From: Auanema rhodensis
Lineage: Eukaryota; Animalia; Nematoda
Assembly: GCA_964057225.1 (NCBI GenBank)
Contig: OZ059896.1
Location: forward strand, 23,126,001 to 23,190,000
DNA: 64,000 nt
Direction of reading: 5' to 3'
Under the pieces are notes generated by a model. It worked only from the letters and a program-made list of their open reading frames with translations. It did not search any database and was not told where the DNA came from. The translations under genes were made by a program, and so were the position numbers. Of this stretch, positions 44,000 to 57,200 are shown in pieces. How positions within the stretch are numbered: position 1 is the first letter of the stretch; every line of letters starts with the position of its first letter.

Positions 44000-46463
44000 A
44001 TTTTTATTGATATTGGTGCATGGTAACCATGACTTTGAAATTTACGTGAACTTTAATTTATGCTAATTAAATGTACACGTGATGTGCACTTGGTATGTAA
44101 CTCGCTTCACGTGAAAGATAAAGAGATGCGGTTTTCAAAATTAGATTCCCCATGTCCATATTAGTCTAAAAACAAATTTTCATTGATATTGGTTCATGGT
44201 AACCATGACTTTGAAATTTACGTGAACTTTAATTTATGCTAATTAAATGTATACGTGATGTGCACTTGGTATGTAATTCGCTTCACGTGAAAGATAAAGA
44301 GATGCGGTTTTCAAAATTAGATTCCCCATGTCCATATTAGTCTAAAAACAAATTTTTATTGATATTGGTGCATGGTAACCATGACTTTGAAATTTACGTG
44401 AACTTTAATTTATGCTAATTAAATGTACACGTGATGTGCACTTGGTATGTAACTCGCTTCACGTGAAAGATAAAGAGATGCGGTTTTCAAAATTAGATTC
44501 CCCATGTCCATATTAGTCTAAAAACAAATTTTTATTGATATTGGTGCATGGTAACCATGACTTTGAAATTTACGTGAACTTTAATTTATGCTTATTAAAT
44601 GTACACGTGATGTGCACTTGGTATGTAACTCGCTTCACGTGAAAGATAAAGAGATGCGGTTTTCAAAATTAGATTCCCCATGTCCATATTAGTCTAAAAA
44701 CAAATTTTTATTGATATTGGTGCATGGTAACCATGACTTTGAAATTTACGTGAACTTTAATTTATGCTAATTAAATGTACACGTGATGTGCACTTGGTAT
44801 GTAACTCGCTTCACGTGAGAGATAAAGAGATGCGGTTTTCAAAATCAGATTCCCCATGTCCATATTAGTCTAAAAACAAATTTTTATTGATATTGGTTCA
44901 TGGTAACCATGACTTTGAAATTTACGTGAACTTTAATTTATGCTAATTAATTGTACACGTGATGTGCACTTGGTATGTAACTCGCTTCACGTGAAAGATA
45001 AAGAGATGCGGTTTTCAAAATTAGATTCCCCATGTCCATATTAGTCTACAAACAAATTTTTATTGATATTGGTTCATGGTAACCATGACTTTGAAATTTA
45101 CGTGAACTTTGATTTATGCTAATTAAATGTACACGTGATGTGCACTTGGTATGTAACTCGCTTCACGTGAAAGATAAAGAGATGCGGTTTTCAAAATAAG
45201 ATTCCCCATGTCCATATTAGTCTGAAAACAAATTTTTATTGATATTGGTGCATGGTAACCATGACTTTGAAATTTACGTGAACTTTAATTTATGCTAATT
45301 AAATGTACACGTGATGTGCACTTGGTATGTAACTCGCTTCACGTGAAAGATAAAGAGATGCGGTTTTCAAAATTAGATTCCCCATGTCCATATTAGTCTA
45401 AAAACAAATTTTTATTGATATTGGTTCATGGTAACCATGACTTTGAAATTTACGTGAACTTTAATTTATGCTAATTAAATGTATACGTGATGTGCACTTG
45501 GTATGTAACTCGCTTCACGTGAAAGATAAAGAGATGCGGTTTTCAAAATTAGATTCCCCATGTCCATATTAGTCTAAAAACAAATTTTTATTGATATTGG
45601 TGCATGGTAACCATGACTTTGAAATTTACGTGAACTTTAATTTATGCTAATTAAATGTACACGTGATGTGCACTTGGTATGTAACTCGCTTCACGTGAAA
45701 GATAAAGAGATGCGGTTTTCAAAATTAGATTCCCCATGTCCATATTAGTCTAAAAACAAATTTTTATTGATATTGGTTCATGGTAACCATGACTTTGAAA
45801 TTTACGTGAACTTTAATTTATGCTAATTAATTGTACACGTGATGTGCACTTGGTATGTAACTCTCTTCACGTGAAAGATAAAGAGATGCGGTTTTCAAAA
45901 TAAGATTCCCCATGTCCATATTAGTCTACAAACAAATTTTTATTGATATTGGTTCATGGTAACCATGACTTTGAAATTTACGTGAACTTTGATTTATGCT
46001 AATTAAATGTACACGTGATGTGCACTTGGTATGTAACTCGCTTCACGTGAAAGATAAAGAGATGCGGTTTTCAAAATTAGATTCCCCATGTCCATATTAG
46101 TCTAAAAACAAATTTTTATTGATATTGGTGCATGGTAACCATGACTTTGAAATTTACGTGAACTTTAATTTATGCTAATTAAATGTACACGTGATGTGCA
46201 CTTGGTATGTAACTCGCTTCACGTGAAAGATAAAGAGATGCGGTTTTCAAAATTAGATTCCCCATGTCCATATTAGTCTAAAAACAAATTTTTATTGATA
46301 TTGGTGCATGGTAACCATGACTTTGAAATTTACGTGAACTTTAATTTATGCTAATTAAATGTACACGTGATGTGCACTTGGTATGTAACTCGCTTCACGT
46401 GAAAGATAAAGAGATGCGGTTTTCAAAATTAGATTCCCCATGTCCATTTTAGTCTAAAAACAA

Positions 46464-47871
46464 ATTTTTATTGATATTGGTGCATGGTAACCATGACTTT
46501 GAAATTTACGTGAACTTTAATTTATGCTTATTAAATGTACACGTGATGTGCACTTGGTATGTAACTCGCTTCACGTGAAAGATAAAGAGATGCGGTTTTC
46601 AAAATTAGATTCCCCATGTCCATGTTAGTCTAAAAACAAATTTTAATTGATATTGGTGCATGGTAACCATGACTTTGAAATTTACGTGAACTTTAATTTA
46701 TGCTAATTAAATGTACACGTGATGTGCACTTGGTATGTAACTCGCTTCACGTGAAAGATAAAGAGATGCGGTTTTCAAAATTAGATTCCCCATGTCCATA
46801 TTAGTCTAAAAACAAATTTTTATTGATATTGGTGCATGGTAACCATGACTTTGAAATTTACGTGAACTTTAATTTATGCTAATTAAATGTACACGTGATG
46901 TGCACTTGGTATGTAACTCGCTTCACGTGAAAGATAAAGAGATGCGGTTTTCAAAATTAGATTCCCCATGTCCATATTAGTCTAAAAACAAATTTTTATT
47001 GATATTGGTGCATGGTAACCATGACTTTGAAATTTACGTGAACTTTAATTTATGCTAATTAAATGTACACGTGATGTGCACTTGGTATGTAACTCGTTTC
47101 ACGTGAAAGATAAAGAGATGCGGTTTTCAAAATTAGATTCCCCATGTCCATTTTAGTCTAAAAACAAATTTTTATTGATATTGGTGCATGGTAACCATGA
47201 CTTTGAAATTTACGTGAACTTTAATTTATGCTTATTAAATGTACACGTGATGTGCACTTGGTATGTAACTCGCTTCACGTGAAAGATAAAGAGATGCGGT
47301 TTTCAAAATTAGATTCCCCATGTCCATGTTAGTCTAAAAACAAATTTTAATTGATATTGGTGCATGGTAACCATGACTTTGAAATTTACGTGAACTTTAA
47401 TTTATGCTAATTAAATGTACACGTGATGTGCACTTGGTATGTAACTCGCTTCACGTGAAAGATAAAGAGATGCGGTTTTCAAAATTAGATTCCCCATGTC
47501 CATATTAGTCTAAAAACAAATTTTTATTGATATTGGTGCATGGTAACCATGACTTTGAAATTTACGTGAACTTTAATTTATGCTAATTAAATGTACACGT
47601 GATGTGCACTTGGTATGTAACTCGCTTCACGTGAAAGATAAAGAGATGCGGTTTTCAAAATTAGATTCCCCATGTCCATATTAGTCTAAAAACAAATTTT
47701 TATTGATATTGGTGCATGGTAACCATGACTTTGAAATTTACGTGAACTTTAATTTATGCTAATTAAATGTACACGTGATGTGCACTTGGTATGTAACTCG
47801 TTTCACGTGAAAGATAAAGAGATGCGGTTTTTAAAATTAGATTCCCCATGTACATATTAGTCTAAAAACAA
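46464..47871. repeat. Tandem 4-monomer (704 bp) duplication
   Basis: The series A66T+A161G / T6A / plain / C106T starts at 46464 and again at 47168. The junction is in a chimeric monomer at about 47098-47127. Confidence 0.8.
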
Positions 47872-50800
47872 ATTTTTATTGATATTGGTTCATGGTAACC
47901 ATGACTTTGAAATTTACGTGAACTTTAATTTATGCTAATTAAATGTACACGTGATGTGCACTTGGTATGTAACTCGCTTCACGTGAAAGATAAAGAGATG
48001 CGGTTTTCAAAATTAGATTACCCGTGTCCATGTTAGTCTAAAAACAAATTTTTATTGATATTGGTGCATGGTAACCATGACTTTGAAATTTACGTGAACT
48101 TTAATTTATGCTAATTAAATGTACACGTAATGTGCACTTGGTATGTAACTCGCTTCACGTGAAAGATAAAGAGATGCGGTTTTCAAAATTTGATTCCCCA
48201 TGTCCATATTAGTCTAAAAACAAATTTTCATTGATATTGGTTCATGGTAACCATGACTTTGAAATTTACGTGAATTTTAATTTATGCTAATTAAATGTAC
48301 ACGTGATGTGCACTTGGTATGTAACTCGCTTCACGTGAAAGATAAAGAGATGCGGTTTTCAAAATTAGATTCCCCATGTCCATATTAGTCTAAAAACAAA
48401 TTTTAATTGATATTGGTGCATGGTAACCATGACTTTGAAATTTACGTGAACTTTAATTTATGCTAATTAAATGTACACGTGATGTGCACTTGGTATGTAA
48501 CTCGCTTCACGTGAAAGATAAAGAGATGCGGTTTTCAAAATTTGATTCCCCATGTCCATATTAGTCTAAAAACAAATTTTTATTGATATTGGTGCATGGT
48601 AACCATGACTTTGAAATTTACGTGAACTTTAATTTATGCTAATTAAATGTACACGTGATGTGCACTTGGTATGTAACTCGCTTCACGTGAAAGATAAAGA
48701 GATGCGGTTTTTAAAATTAGATTCCCCATGTACATATTAGTCTAAAAACAAATTTTTATTGATATTGGTTCATGGTAACCATGACTTTGAAATTTACGTG
48801 AACTTTAATTTATGCTAATTAAATGTACACGTGATGTGCACTTGGTATGTAACTCGCTTCACGTGAAAGATAAAGAGATGCGGTTTTCAAAATTAGATTC
48901 CCCGTGTCCATGTTAGTCTAAAAACAAATTTTTATTGATATTGGTGCATGGTAACCATGACTTTGAAATTTACGTGAACTTTAATTTATGCTAATTAAAT
49001 GTACACGTAATGTGCACTTGGTATGTAACTCGCTTCACGTGAAAGATAAAGAGATGCGGTTTTCAAAATTTGATTCCCCATGTCCATATTAGTCTAAAAA
49101 CAAATTTTCATTGATATTGGTTCATGGTAACCATGACTTTGAAATTTACGTGAATTTTAATTTATGCTAATTAAATGTACACGTGATGTGCACTTGGTAT
49201 GTAACTCGCTTCACGTGAAAGATAAAGAGATGCGGTTTTCAAAATTAGATTCCCCATGTCCATATTAGTCTAAAAACAAATTTTAATTGATATTGGTGCA
49301 TGGTAACCATGACTTTGAAATTTACGTGAACTTTAATTTATGCTAATTAAATGTACACGTGATGTGCACTTGGTATGTAACTCGCTTCACGTGAAAGATA
49401 AAGAGATGCGGTTTTCAAAATTAGATTCCCCATGTCCATATTAGTCTAAAAACAAATTTTTATTGATATTGGTGCATGGTAACCATGACTTTGAAATTTA
49501 CGTGAACTTTAATTTATGCTAATTAAATGTACACGTGATGTGCACTTGGTATGTAACTCGCTTCACGTGAAAGATAAAGAGATGCGGTTTTCAAAATTAG
49601 ATTCCCCATGTCCATATTAGTCTAAAAACAAATTTTTATTGATATTGGTTCATGGTAACCATGACTTTGAAATTTACGTGAACTTTAATTTATGCTAATT
49701 AAATGTACACGTGATGTGCACTTGGTATGTAACTCGCTTCACGTGAAAGATAAAAAGATGCGGTTTTCAAAATTAGATTCCCCATGTCCATATTAGTCTA
49801 AAAACAAATTTTTATTGATATTGGTTCATGGTAACCATGACTTTGAAATTTACGTGAACTTTAATTTATGCTAATTAAATGTACACGTGATGTGCACTTG
49901 GTATGTAACTCGCTTCACGTGAAAGATAAAGAGATGCGGTTTTCAAAATTAGATTCCCCATGTCCATATTAGTCTAAAAACAAATTTTTATTGATATTGG
50001 TGCATGGTAACTATGACTTTGAAATTTACGTGAACTTTAATTTATGCTAATTAAATGTACACGTGATGTGCACTTGGTATGTAACTCGCTTCACGTGAAA
50101 GATAAAGTGATGCGAATTTCAAAATTAGATTCCCCATGTCCATATTAGTCTAAAAACAAATTTTTATTGATATTGGTGCATGGTAACCATGACTTTGAAA
50201 TTTACGTGAACTTTAATTTATGCTAATTAAATGTACACGTGATGTGCACTTGGTATGTAACTCGCTTCACGTGAAAGATAAAGTGATGCGAATTTCAAAA
50301 TTAGATTCCCCATGTCCATATTAGTCTAAAAACAAATTTTTATTGATATTGGTTCATGGTAACCATGACTTTGAAATTTACGTGAACTTTAATTTATGCT
50401 AATTAAATGTACACGTGATGTGCACTTGGTATGTAACTCGCTTCACGTGAAAGATGAAGAGATGCGGTTTTCAAAATTAGATTCCCCATGTCCATATTAG
50501 TCTAAAAACAAATTTTTATTGATATTGGTTCATGGTAACCATGACTTTGAAATTTACGTGAACTTTAATTTATGCTAATTAAATGTACACGTGATGTGCA
50601 CTTGGTATGTAACTCGCTTCACGTGAAAGATAAAGAGATGCGGTTTTCAAAATTAGATTCCCCATGTCCATATTAGTCTAAAAAGAAATTTTTATTGATA
50701 TTGGTTCATGGTAACCATGACTTTGAAATTTACGTGAACTTTAATTTATGCTAATTAAATGTACACGTGATGTGCACTTGGTATGTAACTCGCTTCACGT

Positions 50801-53800
50801 GAAAGATAAAGAGATGCGGTTTTCAAAATTAGATTCCCCATGTCCATATTAGTCTAAAAACAAATTTTTATTGATATTGGTTCATGGTAACCATGACTTT
50901 GAAATTTACGTGAACTTTAATTTATGCTAATTAAATGTACACGTGATGTGCACTTGGTATGTAACTCGCTTCACGTGAAAGATAAAGAGATGCGGTTTTC
51001 AAAATTAGATTCCCCATGTCCATATTAGTCTAAAAACAAATTTTTATTGATATTGGTGCATGGTAACCATGACTTTGAAATTTACGTGAACTTTAATTTA
51101 TGCTAATTAAATGTACACGTGATGTGCACTTGGTATGTAACTCGCTTCATGTAAAAGATAAAGAGATGCGGTCTTCAAAATTAGATTCCCCATGTCCATA
51201 TTAGTCTAAAAACAAATTTTTATTGATATTGGTTCATGGTAACCATGATTTTGAAATTTACGTGAACTTTAATTTATGCTAATTAAATGTACACGTGATG
51301 TGCACTTGGTATGTAACTCGCTTCACGTGAAAGATAAAGAAATGAGGTTTTCAAAATTAGATTCCCCATGTCCATTTTAGTCTAAAAACAAATTTTTATT
51401 GATATTGGTTCATGGTAACCATGACTTTGAAATTTACGTGAACTTTAATTTATGCTAATTAAATGTACACGTGATGTGCACTTGGTATGTAACTCGCTTC
51501 ACGTGAAAGATAAAGAGATGCGGTTTTCAAAATTAGATTCCCCATGTCCATATTAGTCTAAAAACAAATTTTTATTGATATTGGTTCATAGTAACCATGT
51601 CTTTGAAATTTACGTGAACTTTAATTTATGCTAATTAAATGTACACGTGATGTGCACTTGGTATGTAACTCGCTTCACGTGAAAGATAAAGAGATGCGGT
51701 TTTCAAAATTAGATTCCCCATGTCCATATTAGTCTAAAAACAAATTTTTATTGATATTGGTTCATGGTAACCATGACTTTGAAATTTACGTGAACTTTAA
51801 TTTATGCTAATTAAATGTACACGTGATGTGCACTTGGTATGTAACTCGCTTCACGTGAAAGATAAAGAGATGCGGTTTTCAAAATTAGATTCCCCATGTC
51901 CATATTAGTCTAAAAACAAATTTTTATTAATATTGGTTCATGGTAACCATGTCTTTGAAATTTACGTGAACTTTAATTTATGCTAATTAAATGTACACGT
52001 GATGTGCACTTGGTATGTAACTCGCTTCACGTGAAAGATAAAGAGATGCGGTTTTCAAAATTAGATTCTCCATGTCCATATTAGTCTAAAAACAAATTTT
52101 TATTGATATTGGTGCATGGTAACCATGACTTTGAAATTTACGTGAACTTTAATTTATGCTAATTGAATGTACACGTGATGTGCACTTGGTATGTAACTCG
52201 CTTCACGTGAAAGATAAAGAGATGCGGTTTTCAAAATTAGATTCCCCATGTCCATATTAGTCTAAAAACAAATTTTTATTGATATTGGTTCATGGTAACC
52301 ATGACTTTGAAATTTACGTGAACTTTAATTTATGCTAATTAAATGTACACGTGATGTGCACTTGGTATGTAACTCGCTGCACGTGAAAGATAAAGAGATG
52401 CGGTTTTCAAAATTAGATTCCCCATGTCCATATTAGTCTAAAAACAAATTTTTATTAATATTGGTTCATGGTAACCATGTCTTTGAAATTTACGTGAACT
52501 TTAATTTATGCTAATTAAATGTACACGTGATGTGCACTTGGTATGTAACTCGCTTCACGTGAAAGATAAAGAGATGCGGTTTTCAAAATTAGATTCCCCA
52601 TGTCCATATTAGTCTAAAAACAAATTTTTATTGATATTGGTTCATGGTAACCATGACTTTGAAATTTACGTGAACTTTAATTTATGCTAATTAAATGTAC
52701 ACGTGATGTGCACTTGGTATGTAACTCGCTTCACGTGAAAGATAAAGAGATGCGGTTTTCAAAATTAGATTCCCCATGTCCATATTAGTCTAAAAACAAA
52801 TTTTTATTGATATTGCTTCATGGTAACCATGACTTTGAAATTTACGTGAACTTTAATTTATGCTAATTAAATGTACACGTGATGTGCACTTGGTATGTAA
52901 CTCGCTTCACGTGAAAGATAAAGAGATGCGGTTTTCAAAATTAGATTCCCCATGTCCATATTAGTCTAAAAACAAATTTTTATCGATATTGGTGCATGGT
53001 AACCATATGAATTTGAAATTTACGTGAACTTTAATTTATGCTAATTGAATGTACACGTGATGTGCACTTGGTATGTAACTCGCTTCACGTGAAAGATAAA
53101 GAGATGCGGTTTCCAAAATTAGATTCCCCATGTCCATATTAGTCAAAAACAAATTTTTATTGATATTGGTGCATGGTAACCATGACTTTGAAATTTACGT
53201 GAACTTTAATTTATGCTAATTAAATGTACACGTGATGTGCACTTGGTATGTAACTCGCTTCACGTGAAAGATAAAGAGATGCGGTTTTCAAAATTAGATT
53301 CCCCATGTCCATATTAGTCTAAAAACAAATTTTTATTGATATTGCTTCATGGTAACCATGACTTTGAAATTTACGTGAACTTTAATTTATGCTAATTAAA
53401 TGTACACGTGATGTGCACTTGGTATGTAACTCGCTTCACGTGAAAGATAAAGAGATGCGGTTTTCAAAATTAGATTCCCCATGTCCATATTAGTCTAAAA
53501 ACAAATTTTTATCGATATTGGTGCATGGTAACCATGACTTTGAAATTTACGTGAACTTTAATTTATGCTAATTAAATGTACACGTGATGTGCACTTGGTA
53601 TGTAACTCGCTTCACGTGAAAGATAAAGAGATGCGGTTTTCAAAATTAGATTCCCCATGTCCATATTAGTCTAAAAACAAATTTTTATTGATATTGGTTC
53701 ATGGTAACCATGATTTTGAAATTTACGTGAACTTTAATTTATGCTAATTAAATGTACACGTGATGTGCACTTGGTATGTAACTCGCTTCACGTGAAAGAT

Positions 53801-54208
53801 AAAGAAATGAGGTTTTCAAAATTAGATTCCCCATGTCCATTTTAGTCTAAAAACAAATTTTTATTGATATTGGTTCATGGTAACCATGACTTTGAAATTT
53901 ACGTGAACTTTAATTTATGCTAATTAAATGTACACGTGATGTGCACTTGGTATGTAACTCGCTTCACGTGAAAGATAAAGAGATGCGGTTTTCAAAATTA
54001 GATTCCCCATGTCCATATTAGTCTAAAAACAAATTTTTATTGATATTGGTTCATAGTAACCATGTCTTTGAAATTTACGTGAACTTTAATTTATGCTAAT
54101 TAAATGTACACGTGATGTGCACTTGGTATGTAACTCGCTTCACGTGAAAGATAAAGAGATGCGGTTTTCAAAATTAGATTCCCCATGTCCATATTAGTCT
54201 AAAAACAA

Positions 54209-57200
54209 ATTTTTATTGATATTGGTTCATGGTAACCATGACTTTGAAATTTACGTGAACTTTAATTTATGCTAATTAAATGTACACGTGATGTGCACTT
54301 GGTATGTAACTCGCTTCACGTGAAAGATAAAGAGATGCGGTTTTCAAAATTAGATTCCCCATGTCCATATTAGTCTAAAAACAAATTTTTATTAATATTG
54401 GTTCATGGTAACCATGTCTTTGAAATTTACGTGAACTTTAATTTATGCTAATTAAATGTACACGTGATGTGCACTTGGTATGTAACTCGCTTCACGTGAA
54501 AGATAAAGAGATGCGGTTTTCAAAATTAGATTCTCCATGTCCATATTAGTCTAAAAACAAATTTTTATTGATATTGGTGCATGGTAACCATGACTTTGAA
54601 ATTTACGTGAACTTTAATTTATGCTAATTGAATGTACACGTGATGTGCACTTGGTATGTAACTCGCTTCACGTGAAAGATAAAGAGATGCGGTTTTCAAA
54701 ATTAGATTCCCCATGTCCATATTAGTCTAAAAACAAATTTTTATTGATATTGGTTCATGGTAACCATGACTTTGAAATTTACGTGAACTTTAATTTATGC
54801 TAATTAAATGTACACGTGATGTGCACTTGGTATGTAACTCGCTGCACGTGAAAGATAAAGAGATGCGGTTTTCAAAATTAGATTCCCCATGTCCATATTA
54901 GTCTAAAAACAAATTTTTATTAATATTGGTTCATGGTAACCATGTCTTTGAAATTTACGTGAACTTTAATTTATGCTAATTAAATGTACACGTGATGTGC
55001 ACTTGGTATGTAACTCGCTTCACGTGAAAGATAAAGAGATGCGGTTTTCAAAATTAGATTCCCCATGTCCATATTAGTCTAAAAACAAATTTTTATTGAT
55101 ATTGGTTCATGGTAACCATGACTTTGAAATTTACGTGAACTTTAATTTATGCTAATTAAATGTACACGTGATGTGCACTTGGTATGTAACTCGCTTCACG
55201 TGAAAGATAAAGAGATGTGGTTTTCAAAATTAGATTTCCCATGTCCATATTAGTCTAAAAACAAATTTTTATTGATATTGGTTCATGGTAACCATGACTT
55301 TGAAATTTACGTGAACTTTAATTTATGCTAATTAAATGTACACGTGATGTGCACTTGGTATGTAACTCGCTTCACGTGAAAGATAAAGAGATGCGGTTTT
55401 CAAAATTAGATTCCCCATTTCCATATTAGTCTAAAAACAAATTTTTATCGATATTGGTTCATGGTAACCATGATTTTGAAATTTACGTGAACTTTAATTT
55501 ATGCTAATTAAATGTACACGTGATGTGCACTTGGTATGTAACTCGCTTCACGTGAAAGATAAAGAGATGCGGTTTTCAAAATTAGATTCCCCATGTCCAT
55601 ATTAGTCTAAAAACAAATTTTTATTAATATTGGTTCATGGTAACCATGTCTTTGAAATTTACGTGAACTTTAATTTATTCTAATTAAATGTACACGTGAT
55701 GTGCACTTGGTATGTAACTCGCTTCACGTGAAAGATAAAGAGATGCGGTTTTCAAAATTAGATTTCCCATGTCCATATTAGTCTAAAAACAAATTTTTAT
55801 TGATATTGGTTCATGGTAACCATGACTTTGAAATTTACGTGAACTTTAATTTATGCTAATTAAATGTACACGTGATGTGCACTTGGTATGTAACTCGCTT
55901 CACGTGAAAGATAAAGAGATGCGATTTTCAAAATTAGATTTCCCATGTCCATATTAGTCTAAAAACAAATTTTTATTGATATTGGTTCATGGTAACCATG
56001 ACTTTGAAATTTACGTGAACTTTAATTTATGCTAATTAAATGTACACGTGATGTGCACTTGGTATGTAACTCGCTTCACGTGAAAGATAAAGAGATGCGG
56101 TTTTCAAAATTAGATTCCCCATTTCCATATTAGTCTAAAAACAAATTTTTATTGATATTGGTTCATGGTAACCATGATTTTGAAATTTACGTGAACTTTA
56201 ATTTATGCTAATTAAATGTACACGTGATGTGCACTTGGTATGTAACTCGCTTCACGTGAAAGATAAAGAAATGCGGTTTTCAAAATTAGATTCCCCATGT
56301 CCATATTAGTCTAAAAACAAATTTTTATTGATATTGGTTCATGGTAACCATGACTTTGAAATTTACGTGAACTTTAATTTATGCTAATTAAATGTACACG
56401 TGATGTGCACTTGGTATGTAACTCGCTTCACGTGAAAGATAAAGAGATGCGGTTTTCAAAATTAGATTCCCCATGTCCATATTAGTCTAAAAACAAATTT
56501 TTATTGATATTGGTTCATGGTAACCATGACTTTGAAATTTACGTGAACTTTAATTTATGCTAATTAAATGTACACGTGATGTGCACTTGGTATGTAACTC
56601 GCTTCACGTGAAAGATAAAGAGATGCGGTTTTTAAAATTAGATTCCCCATGTACATATTAGTCTAAAAACAAATTTTTATTGATATTGGTTCATGGTAAC
56701 CATGACTTTGAAATTTACGTGAACTTTAATTTATGCTAATTAAATGTACACGTGATGTGCACTTGGTATGTAACTCGCTTCACGTGAAAGATAAAGAGAT
56801 GCGGTTTTCAAAATTAGATTCCCCGTGTCCATGTTAGTCTAAAAACAAATTTTTATTGATATTGGTGCATGGTAACCATGACTTTGAAATTTACGTGAAC
56901 TTTAATTTATGCTAATTAAATGTACACGTAATGTGCACTTGGTATGTAACTCGCTTCACGTGAAAGATAAAAAGATGCGGTTTTCAAAATTAGATTCCCC
57001 ATGTCCATATTAGTCTAAAAACAAATTTTTATTGATATTGGTTCATGGTAACCATGACTTTGAAATTTACGTGAACTTTAATTTATGCTAATTAAATGTA
57101 CACGTGATGTGCACTTGGTATGTAACTCGCTTCACGTGAAAGATAAAGAGATGCGGTTTTCAAAATTTGATTCCCCATGTCCATATTAGTCTAAAAACAA

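Noticed and set aside
4360-53152. The -1 indel at 4360 and the net +1 at ~53005-53145 restore the original 176-bp phase
   Set aside because: These are two independent events 49 kb apart with no plausible coupling, so this is most likely coincidence.
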